Shown here: piece by piece, positions 9,555 through 18,731 of the stretch
How the letters are laid out: every line of letters begins with the position of its first letter
Numbering within the stretch: position 1 is the stretch's first letter
Assembly: GCA_041665405.1 (NCBI GenBank)
Contig: JBAYIZ010000006.1
Span: 407-64,406 of the forward strand
Direction of reading: 5' to 3'
Length of the DNA stretch: 64,000 bases
Source of the DNA: Candidatus Magasanikiibacteriota bacterium
Lineage (GTDB): Bacteria; Patescibacteriota; Patescibacteriia; Magasanikbacterales; GWA2-37-8
The notes under the pieces: generated by a model
Seen by the model: the letters and a program-made list of their open reading frames with translations, nothing else
Told to the model about the DNA's origin: nothing
Databases searched by the model: none
Program-made: the position numbers and the translations under genes

Positions 9555-10769
9555 TTAAAAATTTATAAATTCTTTAAACCTATCTTCAAAAATAGCTTGC
9601 CGTGCCTGACGCATAAGCTCCAACATAAAATGCACATTATGGATGGTAGCCAAACGCAAACCAGTAATTTCTTGTGCTACAAATAAATGGTGTAAATAAG
9701 CGCGAGAATAATTTTTGCAAGTTGAACAAGCGCAGTCTTTACTAATTGGAGAAAAATCTTTGATAAACGCGGAGTTTTTTATATTCAAACGACGTTTCGG
9801 GTCCTCGGCAGTCGTAACAAACAACATACCGTGTCGAGCCAAACGAGTTGGTGCTACACAATCAAACATATCCGCACCACCAGCTACCACTTTGAGCAAA
9901 TCCTCTGGATCCAAACCGACACCCATAGTGTATCGTGGCTTATCTTTTGGTAATAATGGAGTAATCCAATCCAAAATATTTTTGGTAGCTTCCATGTTGT
10001 AGCCAATGCTTTCACCGCCAATTGCGATACCATCAAAATCTAAACTGGCAATATATTTAGCCGATTCTTTGCGCAGATCTTCATGATTGGCACCCTGAAT
10101 AATACCAAATAAAAATTGTTTGTATTCTTTCGGCACTGTCATCCCCGACTTGATCGGGGATCTATCATCACTAGATTCCCGCTTCTGCGGGAATGACAAA
10201 CGCTTATGTTCGTCCACACATCTTTTTGCCCAGCGATGAGTGCGATCCATAGCTTCCTTTGTATATTTATAATCTGCATCATCAGGGGTACATTCATCAA
10301 AAGCCATAATAATATCCGCACCAATCTTGTGTTGGCACAAAGTAGCGGACTCTGGTGTAAAACGATGAGTAGAGCCGTCAATATGAGATTGAAATGTCAC
10401 GCCGTCTTCATCTATTTTTACCAATTTACCTTGATCTTTGGTGTCGCTTTTTTCTTTTTGCAATCCTAATGAAAAAACCTGAAAACCACCAGAATCAGTC
10501 AAAATCGCCCGGTCCCAATTCATAAATTTGTGCAAACCACCAGATTGAGCAACCAAATCTTCACCCGGTCTCAAATGCAAATGATAGTTATTGGCCAAGA
10601 TAATTTTTGGGTCCAAAATAGCTAGGTCGTTTTGATCTAGGGTTTTAACTGTGGCCTGTGTGCCAACTGGCATAAAGACCGGAGTTTCAATATCTCCATG
10701 GTCGGTATGCAAAATACCGGCTCTGGCACCAGTTTTTTTATCTTCGTGGATTAGTTCAAAAAATGACAT
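9555..10769 (-). CDS. tgt: tRNA-guanine transglycosylase (queuine tRNA-ribosyltransferase) carrying a 20-aa in-frame repeat-derived insert
   Basis: Tgt hallmarks are present: TPVFMPVGT, LTDSGGFQV, and the zinc site CxCxxC...H (CACSTCKNYSRAYLHH). Confidence 0.93.
   Translation of the reverse strand: MSFFELIHEDKKTGARAGILHTDHGDIETPVFMPVGTQATVKTLDQNDLAILDPKIILANNYHLHLRPGEDLVAQSGGLHKFMNWDRAILTDSGGFQVFSLGLQKEKSDTKDQGKLVKIDEDGVTFQSHIDGSTHRFTPESATLCQHKIGADIIMAFDECTPDDADYKYTKEAMDRTHRWAKRCVDEHKRLSFPQKRESSDDRSPIKSGMTVPKEYKQFLFGIIQGANHEDLRKESAKYIASLDFDGIAIGGESIGYNMEATKNILDWITPLLPKDKPRYTMGVGLDPEDLLKVVAGGADMFDCVAPTRLARHGMLFVTTAEDPKRRLNIKNSAFIKDFSPISKDCACSTCKNYSRAYLHHLFVAQEITGLRLATIHNVHFMLELMRQARQAIFEDRFKEFINF
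10138..10197. repeat. double-hairpin palindromic mini-element (ATTCCCG family) inside tgt
   Basis: Sequence GTCATCCCCGActtgATCGGGGAT...ATTCCCGCttctGCGGGAATGAC is exactly 60 nt. On the minus strand it is translated as SFPQKRESSDDRSPIKSGMT. Confidence 0.8.
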
Positions 10770-11006
10770 ACTAATTATATTTAAGCCAATACTACGCTAT
10801 TTTGCACAAAAAATCAAGACAAACAAAAAACTTCCTATAAGAAGAAGTTTTTTCTATTCTCATGTCGTTAACAACAACAGGAAAATGGATGCCTGCTTTT
10901 TTGTACCGTGAGCGCAGGCGAATCTCACATATTTTCCTTGCGGCGACTAGCCACGCATTAATCACATGCGCAACTTATCAAGCCGAATTGTGTTGGTACG
11001 GCGCGA

Positions 11007-11420
11007 TCAGCGCGCCTTGGGGGCGGCTGCTTCTCGCAGTTCGGCCAGCTTCCTGTCTACCTTTGGGGTGCCGAGGTGTTGCTTGGCCGCGAACACGAGC
11101 TTTGCGCGGGCAGATTGCACCGCCCTGTTCGAAGGACGACGGCCGGGTGGAGTCAAAGCCACCACCGCCTGCAACATTGCCTCCGTCGTCTGCTCGTCAC
11201 CCTGCTTGTACTCCCTGAGCGTGAACAGGACCTTCTCCACCTTCTCGTGGAGATCCCAGGACTCGCGCCAATACGGCCTGTCTTCGCCGGAATGGAACTT
11301 GTCGAGCATGGAGTGAGCCCTCCTCGACCTGAAGTAGCAAAGGACCAACACAAGCATCGACACGATGTTCACCGCAACACTGATACTGTGCCACATAGAA
11401 ATCCCCACTTCCTTCACCAT
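11007..11420 (-). CDS. small single-pass membrane protein encoded in G+C-rich islet 1
   Basis: The frame has G/C-rich third positions. It has an N-terminal TM segment (ISMWHSISVAVNIVSMLVLVLCYF) and a helical charged tail. The start could be ATG 11420, or ATG 11396 (preceded by AAGGAAGTGG). The track start at 11486 is probably an over-extension. Confidence 0.5.
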   Translation of the reverse strand: MVKEVGISMWHSISVAVNIVSMLVLVLCYFRSRRAHSMLDKFHSGEDRPYWRESWDLHEKVEKVLFTLREYKQGDEQTTEAMLQAVVALTPPGRRPSNRAVQSARAKLVFAAKQHLGTPKVDRKLAELREAAAPKAR

Positions 11421-11571
11421 TGCTGACGAAGATGTTAGCTCTCTAGTTGGCGCGGGATGACACATCCACGCCCTTGCGACAAGCAAGCGGCAGCCCAGCT
11501 ACCTCTACTTTTTCCTTACCAAAAGAAAAACTAGCCGTAGCTTGGCCAAAATATATTTCAAAGAACGTGTA

Positions 11572-11600
11572 AATATAGCACAAAACAACAATTTTGTCAA
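11572..11600 (-). promoter_or_regulatory. sigma70-type promoter reading into G+C-rich islet 1
   Basis: Minus strand reads TTGACA-17 nt-TATATT (TTGACAaaattgttgttttgtgcTATATT). Confidence 0.6.
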
Positions 11601-11678
11601 CAATACTGAAATAATGCACCGCAAACATCCAGCGGCTTTTGATTTTCTCTTACAGGCATGTTAAAATGAAAACTCAAT

Positions 11679-13715
11679 ATGATAAATTTTGAACAAGAAC
11701 TCAACCCGCAACAGCTGGACGTCGTGAAAAATGGCGACGGGCCTTGTTTGGTTTTAGCTGGGGCGGGATCGGGGAAAACTCGCACTATTACTTATCGGGT
11801 TGCCTATTTGTTGGAACAAGGTGTTGGCCCAGAAAATATTTTGTTGGTAACTTTTACCAATCGAGCGGCGAATGAAATGATTGAACGGGTAAGAAATTTG
11901 ATGAGTGGGGATTCCCGTTTGCACGGGAATGACATGCCGTGGTCAGGAACATTTCACCACATTGCCAATAAAATTTTACGACACTACGCACCACATTTAG
12001 GATACAAAAATAATTTTACTGTTTTGGATTCCGACGACAGCCAGGCGTTGATAAAATTGTGTATCAAAGAATTTAAAACCACCGAAAAATTTCCTTCGGC
12101 GAAAGTTGTGGGCGCAATTATTAGTTTTGCTCGTAATTCTCAAAAAAGTATTGAAGAAGTAATTGAAGATAAATTTAATAGCTGGTGGCACCTGTCTAGA
12201 ACTATTGGCGATGTCAGCTCACGATACGAACAAAAGAAAAAAGAATCCAACGCAATGGATTTTGATGATCTACTAATTAATTTTGCATTGTTATTAAACA
12301 CCCCAGCAATTCAAGAAAAGTTTTCCAATCAATTCAAATATATTTTGGTAGATGAGTATCAAGACACCAACAAACTACAAGCGAATATTATTGATAAATT
12401 AGCCAAAATACACCGTAATTTGTTGGTAGTTGGTGATGACGCCCAAAGTATTTATTCTTTCCGTGCGGCTGATATAAAAAATATTTTAAATTTTGAAGAA
12501 AAATATTCTGATGCGAAAATTTTTCGTTTGGAAATAAATTATCGTTCTCACCAAGAAATTTTGTCTTTGGCCAATAATGTTATCGCCAACAATCGTCATC
12601 AATATCCAAAAAAATTAAAAGCAGTAAAAGAAAATGGCATAAAACCAAATTTATATCCAAAAAATGATCAATCCGACGAAGCGAGTTTTATTGTAAAAAA
12701 AATAAATGAACTGATTGAACAAGGAACTCCAGAACACAAAATCGCTGTGCTGTTTCGTGCCGCTCATCATTCTCAAATGCTCGAAATGGAATTAGCCAAA
12801 GCAGGAATCGCTTATGATTATCGTGGCGGTTTGCGATTTTTTGAACGCGCTCACATCAAAGATGTTTTGAGTTATCTCAGAATATTAAATAATTTATCTG
12901 ACACCTCTGCGTGGTTGCGTATTCTCCAACACGAAGAAGGAATCGGACCGTCGGCTGCCAATAAAATTATTTCTGCCGTGCAAAAACTAGAAAAAATTGA
13001 TGACATAAAAAATCTTGGGGAAGTTTTAGGTGGAAAAACCCAAACCGGTTTTAATAATTTCTTAAAAATTTTTAATGCTCTCTTGGAATCGTATATTCCA
13101 GAAAGCAGCCCTGGTGATTTAATCCAATCCATTATCAGTTCGAATTATAGCGACTATTTGGAAGCAGAATTCATAGATAGTGATGACCGAAAAAAGGATT
13201 TGGAACAAATGGCCACCTTTGCCACCAAACACAAAAATTTATCTGATTTTTTGGCCGAATCTAGTTTGCAAGAGTCGTTTGCCCACCCGACATCCAACCA
13301 AACACAGACAAACAACCAAAAAAGGTTGGTGCTTTCCACTATTCATCAGGCCAAAGGACTGGAGTGGGAAGCGGTTTTTATAATCAATGTAGCCAACGAC
13401 GCCTTTCCCAACAGTCGTGCTTTGGCCGAAAGTGAAGGTCTGGAAGAAGAACGCCGTTTGTTTTATGTCGCTATTACTCGTGCCAAAAAACACTTAATTT
13501 TGACTTATCCAATGTCAAATGAGGGTTGGGGCTCCTCGCTGGGCGGTCCAAGCTTGTTTTTGTCTGAAATTAGCCAAGATTTGATTGATGACCACTCATT
13601 ATTATCCTATAAAAGCACTGTTTTTGATAAAAATGAAGAAATTCAATATATTAACGAAGATGAACCAATAAATATCCAACCTGGTAGTTTTTTGCGCAGT
13701 ATTGATGACTTATAA
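11679..13715 (+). CDS. UvrD/PcrA/Rep-family ATP-dependent DNA helicase
   Basis: Walker A motif (AGAGSGKTRT), motif Ia (TFTNRAANEM), DEYQDT, motif VI (VAITRAKK). Confidence 0.92.
   Translation: MINFEQELNPQQLDVVKNGDGPCLVLAGAGSGKTRTITYRVAYLLEQGVGPENILLVTFTNRAANEMIERVRNLMSGDSRLHGNDMPWSGTFHHIANKILRHYAPHLGYKNNFTVLDSDDSQALIKLCIKEFKTTEKFPSAKVVGAIISFARNSQKSIEEVIEDKFNSWWHLSRTIGDVSSRYEQKKKESNAMDFDDLLINFALLLNTPAIQEKFSNQFKYILVDEYQDTNKLQANIIDKLAKIHRNLLVVGDDAQSIYSFRAADIKNILNFEEKYSDAKIFRLEINYRSHQEILSLANNVIANNRHQYPKKLKAVKENGIKPNLYPKNDQSDEASFIVKKINELIEQGTPEHKIAVLFRAAHHSQMLEMELAKAGIAYDYRGGLRFFERAHIKDVLSYLRILNNLSDTSAWLRILQHEEGIGPSAANKIISAVQKLEKIDDIKNLGEVLGGKTQTGFNNFLKIFNALLESYIPESSPGDLIQSIISSNYSDYLEAEFIDSDDRKKDLEQMATFATKHKNLSDFLAESSLQESFAHPTSNQTQTNNQKRLVLSTIHQAKGLEWEAVFIINVANDAFPNSRALAESEGLEEERRLFYVAITRAKKHLILTYPMSNEGWGSSLGGPSLFLSEISQDLIDDHSLLSYKSTVFDKNEEIQYINEDEPINIQPGSFLRSIDDL
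11911..11933. repeat. ATTCCCG palindromic mini-element inside the helicase gene
   Basis: ATTCCCGTttgcACGGGAATGAC, translated as (G)DSRLHGND between helicase motifs Ia and Ib. Confidence 0.7.
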
Positions 13716-13823
13716 AAAAACATAAATACCAACAATAAAACAAAAGGACTTCACTGAGGTCTTTTTTTATTCTAGTTTTCACATTTTTGTGGTATAATAT
13801 ATTCGTAATTAATTTATAATCAT

Positions 13824-14198
13824 GTGGCTGAAATTAAAAAACACATTTTGATTGTGGAGGATGAAAAACCGATGGCCAGAGCGCTCGAATTAAAGCTAAA
13901 TAAGTCCGGATATAATGCTATTGCTGTCTTTGATGGAGAGCAGGCATTGAATGCGCTCAAAAAAGAAAAGTTTGATTTGGTTTTGCTTGATTTAATTATT
14001 CCAAAAATTGACGGGTTCGGTGTTTTAGAAAAATTAAAAGACAATAATAACAAAACACCGGTAATTGTTTCTTCAAATCTTGGTCAGGAGGACGATATTA
14101 CTCGTGCCAAAGGACTTGGCGCCAAAGGATATTATGTAAAATCAAACACTTCTATCGCCGAAGTCATAGTACAAATCAAAAAAATATTAAACGCGTAA
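13824..14198 (+). CDS. single-domain response regulator (CheY/PilH-like receiver)
   Basis: GTG start. Motifs ILIVEDE...DLVLLDLIIP...K are typical of REC domains. It lies directly upstream of pilB. Confidence 0.85.
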   Translation: MAEIKKHILIVEDEKPMARALELKLNKSGYNAIAVFDGEQALNALKKEKFDLVLLDLIIPKIDGFGVLEKLKDNNNKTPVIVSSNLGQEDDITRAKGLGAKGYYVKSNTSIAEVIVQIKKILNA

Positions 14199-14210
14199 AC
14201 AACAAAAAAT

Positions 14211-15863
14211 ATGCAACTCGACGACAACAAAATTGAGAAAATTTTGCTTGACGGCAGTTATATTTCGGCGGATGACCTGAAAAAAGCACAACAATACGCC
14301 AAAGAGCATCATGCTACTTCATTGGTTTATTTACAAAACGAAGGGCTTATTAATCGCAATCTTTTGGGACAAGCAATTGCTGAATCACTTAATGTTGATT
14401 ACGCATCACTACCCGCACAACAACCAACCAAAGAACAAGTTTTGAAAATTCCCGAAGATATTGCCAACAAATATCATATTGTTTTATTTAAAGAAACACC
14501 AAAAGAAGTAGTTGTTGCTACCGACGATCCTGCGGCCACAGATTTATCCAAAGCATTAAAACAAATTTTCAAAACTCAAAAAATTTCTCTGGCTTATTCA
14601 TTGCCCGAAGATATTGATACTGCTTTTATTGCTTACCGCAAAACTTTGGAAACTCGTTTTGGTGATATTATAAAAAAACAAGAACACATTGCTCCGGAAA
14701 TTATTGATGAAATTATTGAAGATGCGATTGCCTACCACGCCTCGGATATTCACTTTGAACCACAAAGTAAAGAAGTGGTAATTCGTTTTCGTGTAGACGG
14801 CGTACTCAACGAAGCCGGCCGTATTCCCAAGGAATATTTTGGCAATGTTTTGAATCGTATCAAGGTACAATCACATTTACCGATCGATGAACATTATTCT
14901 GCTCAAGATGGGGCGATGCGTTTTGTCAAAGAAAACATGACGGCTGATTTGCGCGTGTCTATTTTGCCAACCTTGGACGGAGAAAAAGTGGTAATGCGTT
15001 TGTTGTCTCAATATGTGCGTGGTTTCAATTTACCGGATTTAGGATTATCGCCAGAAAATGAAATACTGTTAGAAAAAGCATACAAAAAACCGTTTGGGAT
15101 GATACTCATTACTGGCCCAACTGGCTCTGGAAAGACCACTTCTCTGTATGCACTACTTCGCATTTTGAATACTCCCAATGTAAACATCACCACCATTGAA
15201 GACCCGGTAGAATATCGAGTAGAAGGTATAAACCAAATTCAGGTTAACCCCAAAACCAATCTCACTTTTGCTGGCGGACTGCGTTCGATTGTACGCCAAG
15301 ATCCAGATATTATTTTGGTTGGTGAAATCCGCGACAATGAAACCGCTGAAATTGCCATCAATGCTTCACTCACAGGTCATTTATTATTATCCACTTTCCA
15401 TGCCAATGATTCTGCTACCGCTGTCCCGCGTTTACTCGACATGAAAATTGAACCATTCTTGTTGGCTTCAACTTTAGAATTACTTATCGCCCAGCGTTTG
15501 GTAAGAAAAATTTGTGAACAATGCAAAGTAAGTTCGGTGATAAAACAAATTGATATCAAAAAAACCGTGCCGGAATTAGCGAGAAAATATTTTACCGGCA
15601 AATCATATACTTTTTATAAAGGTAAAGGTTGTAGCGCGTGTGGCAATACTGGTTACAAAGGACGCCAAGCAATTTTTGAATTTATTCCCATCTCTCCGGA
15701 AATGAAAGAATTAATCTTAAAAAATCCTTCCACTCAAGAAATTTGGAAGGTTGCTCGCAAACAAGGATCAAAAACTTTGTTTGAAGATGGTTTAGAAAAA
15801 GTAAAAAACGGCATCACCACATTACAAGAATTATTACGCGTTGCAGAACCACCAAAATTTTAA
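14211..15863 (+). CDS. pilB: type IV pilus assembly ATPase (GspE/PilB family)
   Basis: Walker A (GPTGSGKTT), Asp box, His box, and a tetracysteine motif (CEQC...CSAC). Confidence 0.92.
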   Translation: MQLDDNKIEKILLDGSYISADDLKKAQQYAKEHHATSLVYLQNEGLINRNLLGQAIAESLNVDYASLPAQQPTKEQVLKIPEDIANKYHIVLFKETPKEVVVATDDPAATDLSKALKQIFKTQKISLAYSLPEDIDTAFIAYRKTLETRFGDIIKKQEHIAPEIIDEIIEDAIAYHASDIHFEPQSKEVVIRFRVDGVLNEAGRIPKEYFGNVLNRIKVQSHLPIDEHYSAQDGAMRFVKENMTADLRVSILPTLDGEKVVMRLLSQYVRGFNLPDLGLSPENEILLEKAYKKPFGMILITGPTGSGKTTSLYALLRILNTPNVNITTIEDPVEYRVEGINQIQVNPKTNLTFAGGLRSIVRQDPDIILVGEIRDNETAEIAINASLTGHLLLSTFHANDSATAVPRLLDMKIEPFLLASTLELLIAQRLVRKICEQCKVSSVIKQIDIKKTVPELARKYFTGKSYTFYKGKGCSACGNTGYKGRQAIFEFIPISPEMKELILKNPSTQEIWKVARKQGSKTLFEDGLEKVKNGITTLQELLRVAEPPKF

Positions 15864-15872
15864 AATACGACC

Positions 15873-17336
15873 ATGGCCAAAATAAAGGAGCCAAAAATTA
15901 TCAAGAAAAAAGATAGTCGGGTATCACGATTTGATACTTTTGGTTTGGGTGAAGAAAAAGAATATTTGGTAGAAAATCTTGGTGTGCTTTTGGCCTCGGG
16001 CATGGATATTATCGACGCTTTGGAATCAATAAAAATTGAAATCCGTTCTAAAATCCTAAAAAAAATAATTACCAACATCCAGGATGATATCAATGGTGGG
16101 TCTAGCTTGTGGGAAGCGTTGGAGAAATCATATCTTCTACCAAAGCATATTATTTCGCTGATAAAAATCGGCGAGTCCAGCGGACAACTCCAAGAAAGTT
16201 TGGCCGTCATTGTCGTTCAACAACAAAAAAACCGTTCGTTCCGTTCCAAAATTCGTTCGGCCATGATGTATCCCGTGTTTGTGATGGCGCTAGCACTGAT
16301 TGTCGGAATTGGAATTTCCTGGTTTATTTTACCGCGTCTAGCGACAGTGTTTTCACAATTAAATTTAGAGCTTCCATTGGTCACGCGAATTCTTATCGGC
16401 TTTGGGTCATTTTTATCTGCTGAGGGTGTTTGGGCCGTTCCCTCTTCTATCGCTACATTGCTAGTAATAATATATTTTATTTTTATTTTCAAACCGACAA
16501 AATTTTTAGGCCAAAAAATATTATTTCATTTACCAGGAATTAAAAAATTGATTTTAGAAATTGAGTTGTCGCGCATGGGGTATATTGTTGGGACATTATT
16601 ACAAGCCGGATTGCCAATAGTGGACACCATCGAATCCCTAAGCGACGCTTCGCCGTTGCATAATTATAAAAAACTATACTCGCAATTAGCTTTGTTTTTG
16701 AAAGATGGAAAATCATTTCAAGAATTTTTTGCCGCTAACAAAAAAATTAAAAAGATGATTCCAATTCCAGTACAAGGATTAATTGTGGTGGGTGAACGCT
16801 CTGGCAGATTGTCAGAAATTTTTCTAAATGTTGGAAAAACCTACGAGGAACGAACCGATTTAACTACGAAAAATTTGAGTGTGATTTTGGAACCAATTTT
16901 ATTGATAGTAGTTTGGCTCGGAGTAGTGGCTGTCGCTCTAGCGGTTATCCTTCCTATATATAGCTTGGTTGGAGGGCTAAACAAAAAACCGGCTGCCCGC
17001 CCACCAAGACCGGTGTCTACTATAATAACAGAAACAAACACCTCTACGATTGCCGTTGTGGATTTTTCTACCTCGACCACCAGCACAATCAAATTACCAA
17101 CCACCCCACCAGAAATAATGGCGGTGCCTGGTACACAAATGGTAACAATTTTGGATACTGGCATCGGCTATCTCAATGTCCGTAGCGAACCATCCACCCA
17201 AGCCAAAATTTTACAAAAGGTAAATGTTGGAACATCTTATCCATATTTAGATAAACAAAATGGTTGGTATAACATCATATTACCAGACGGCCAAATCGGT
17301 TGGGTCAGCGAACGCTACACCAAGCTCGTGCCGTAA
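15873..17336 (+). CDS. pilC: type IV pilus platform protein PilC/GspF fused to a C-terminal bacterial SH3 domain
   Basis: Two T2SSF-like repeats with TM helices, then a Thr/Pro linker and the SH3b-like sequence GYLNVRSEPS...GWYNIILPDGQIGWVSERY. Confidence 0.85.
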   Translation: MAKIKEPKIIKKKDSRVSRFDTFGLGEEKEYLVENLGVLLASGMDIIDALESIKIEIRSKILKKIITNIQDDINGGSSLWEALEKSYLLPKHIISLIKIGESSGQLQESLAVIVVQQQKNRSFRSKIRSAMMYPVFVMALALIVGIGISWFILPRLATVFSQLNLELPLVTRILIGFGSFLSAEGVWAVPSSIATLLVIIYFIFIFKPTKFLGQKILFHLPGIKKLILEIELSRMGYIVGTLLQAGLPIVDTIESLSDASPLHNYKKLYSQLALFLKDGKSFQEFFAANKKIKKMIPIPVQGLIVVGERSGRLSEIFLNVGKTYEERTDLTTKNLSVILEPILLIVVWLGVVAVALAVILPIYSLVGGLNKKPAARPPRPVSTIITETNTSTIAVVDFSTSTTSTIKLPTTPPEIMAVPGTQMVTILDTGIGYLNVRSEPSTQAKILQKVNVGTSYPYLDKQNGWYNIILPDGQIGWVSERYTKLVP

Positions 17337-17760
17337 AGGTTTCACTCTGCTTGAAGTGATGCTGGTGCTCGCTTTTTTTGCCTTGCTCACTAGTATGTCG
17401 GTCCCGATTATAAATTCTTTTCAGGCGGAAAATAGTGTGAATTTAACGACAGCAACGATCACCCAGTCTATTCACCGTGCTATTTTACTATCACAAGGAT
17501 TAATGTTCGATTCAGCTTGGGGGGTGAATTTAACCACTGGAAAAATTACTATTTTCAAAGGCACTTCTTTTGCGGCACGCGATATTTCGTTTGATGAATA
17601 TTATGAAACGCCTGCCAATATTACTATCGCCGGATTAACTGAGATTACTTTTGCTCCGCTCACTGGGCAGCCACAAAACATTGGTACCATCACCATTACT
17701 GCTCCAGACAACGATCCAAGAGAAATAAATATCAACGCCCGGGGAATGGTCGACTACTAA
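17260..17760 (+). CDS. pseudopilin with a prepilin-type N-terminal methylation motif (start uncertain)
   Basis: Motif KG|FTLLEVMLVLAFFALL is present. The only in-frame start upstream is ATG 17260. That gives a 26-aa leader and a 77-nt overlap with pilC. Confidence 0.65.
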   Translation: MVGITSYYQTAKSVGSANATPSSCRKGFTLLEVMLVLAFFALLTSMSVPIINSFQAENSVNLTTATITQSIHRAILLSQGLMFDSAWGVNLTTGKITIFKGTSFAARDISFDEYYETPANITIAGLTEITFAPLTGQPQNIGTITITAPDNDPREININARGMVDY

Positions 17761-17763
17761 TTT

Positions 17764-18234
17764 ATGCAAATATTAAAACAACAAAATAACCGTGGATTTT
17801 CTTTAATCGAAGTTATTCTAGCTAGCTCGGTTTTTGTTTTGTTGGGATTTATGTTGGTGGGTGGAATTGTATATGGCCAAGAAAGCTCGCTCAAAGGAGC
17901 TTTGCGATCCCGAGCGGCCATGTTGGCTGAGGAAGGGCTCGAGGCAGTGCGCAGTATTCGCAACCAAAATTTTTCTGATTTGAACGTTGGTACATTTGGT
18001 CTTTCTACTTCTACTGGACAATGGTCTCTGGTTGTAGCGGCGGAATATTCAGATAATTTTTTACGTGAAATCACTATCACAGACATAGATGTTCACCAAA
18101 AAAAAATTATTTCCAAAGTAATTTGGCTATCAGAAAATAATCTAGAAAATTCTGTTTCATTAACAACTTTTTTGACCGATTGGTCGTTTGTCACTCCTGA
18201 AAATTTGGATTCTGGTGTTTGTTCTACTTCATAA
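17764..18234 (+). CDS. pseudopilin (prepilin-type N-terminal cleavage/methylation domain)
   Basis: MQILKQQNNRG|FSLIEVILASSVFVLL. Confidence 0.8.
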   Translation: MQILKQQNNRGFSLIEVILASSVFVLLGFMLVGGIVYGQESSLKGALRSRAAMLAEEGLEAVRSIRNQNFSDLNVGTFGLSTSTGQWSLVVAAEYSDNFLREITITDIDVHQKKIISKVIWLSENNLENSVSLTTFLTDWSFVTPENLDSGVCSTS

Positions 18235-18236
18235 AT

Positions 18237-18731
18237 ATGAAAAATATTTACAATAAAAAATCTGGTTTTACACTTATCGAAGTTCTGCTATATGTGGGCA
18301 TTACTTCGTTTATGTTGTTAACTATAAACATTTTTATTGCCACTGTTTTACAATCACGGATAAAAAACCAAACTGTTTTGGTAGTTGAAAACAGCGGTGT
18401 TGCTATAATGCAAACTATCATACAGACATTGAGAAATGCGACACAAATAAATATTTCAAATCCACAAACAATTTCCGCCACTATGCCAGACGGCCAACAA
18501 ATAGTTTTTGGCCTAGAAAATCAAGTAATAAATTCAACTCAAAGTGGCACCATTTATCCACTAATACCAAGCGATGTTTCCGCCACCTCGCTACAGTTTA
18601 CTAATCTTGCACCCGCCGAAAAACCCGCTTCAATACAAATAATTTTTAATCTTGAGAACCTTAGTCCCGAAGGCAGAAACGAAACTACTTACTCACAAAC
18701 TTTTTATGATACTGCCACATTACGAAAATAA
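18237..18731 (+). CDS. pseudopilin (prepilin-type N-terminal cleavage/methylation domain)
   Basis: An internal ATG at 18237 gives MKNIYNKKSG|FTLIEVLLYVGITSFML. Confidence 0.8.
   Translation: MKNIYNKKSGFTLIEVLLYVGITSFMLLTINIFIATVLQSRIKNQTVLVVENSGVAIMQTIIQTLRNATQINISNPQTISATMPDGQQIVFGLENQVINSTQSGTIYPLIPSDVSATSLQFTNLAPAEKPASIQIIFNLENLSPEGRNETTYSQTFYDTATLRK

Noticed and set aside
10896-10906. Shared 11-mer TTTTTTGTACC at the left edges of islets 1 and 4 as an insertion-site signature
   Set aside because: It is not rejected outright, but it is kept out of the features. There are only two occurrences, and one of them is the T-run of a terminator. The other four islets lack it, so chance cannot be excluded.
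10862-11486. Seven mutually overlapping ORFs on both strands in islet 1 (similar piles occur at 23356-23895, 44149-44599, 48424-48941, 61358-61848 and 62997-63667)
   Set aside because: High-GC DNA is poor in stop codons, so all frames stay open. I kept only the frame with G/C-rich third positions and an SD, signal-peptide or TM feature, and treated the rest as shadows.
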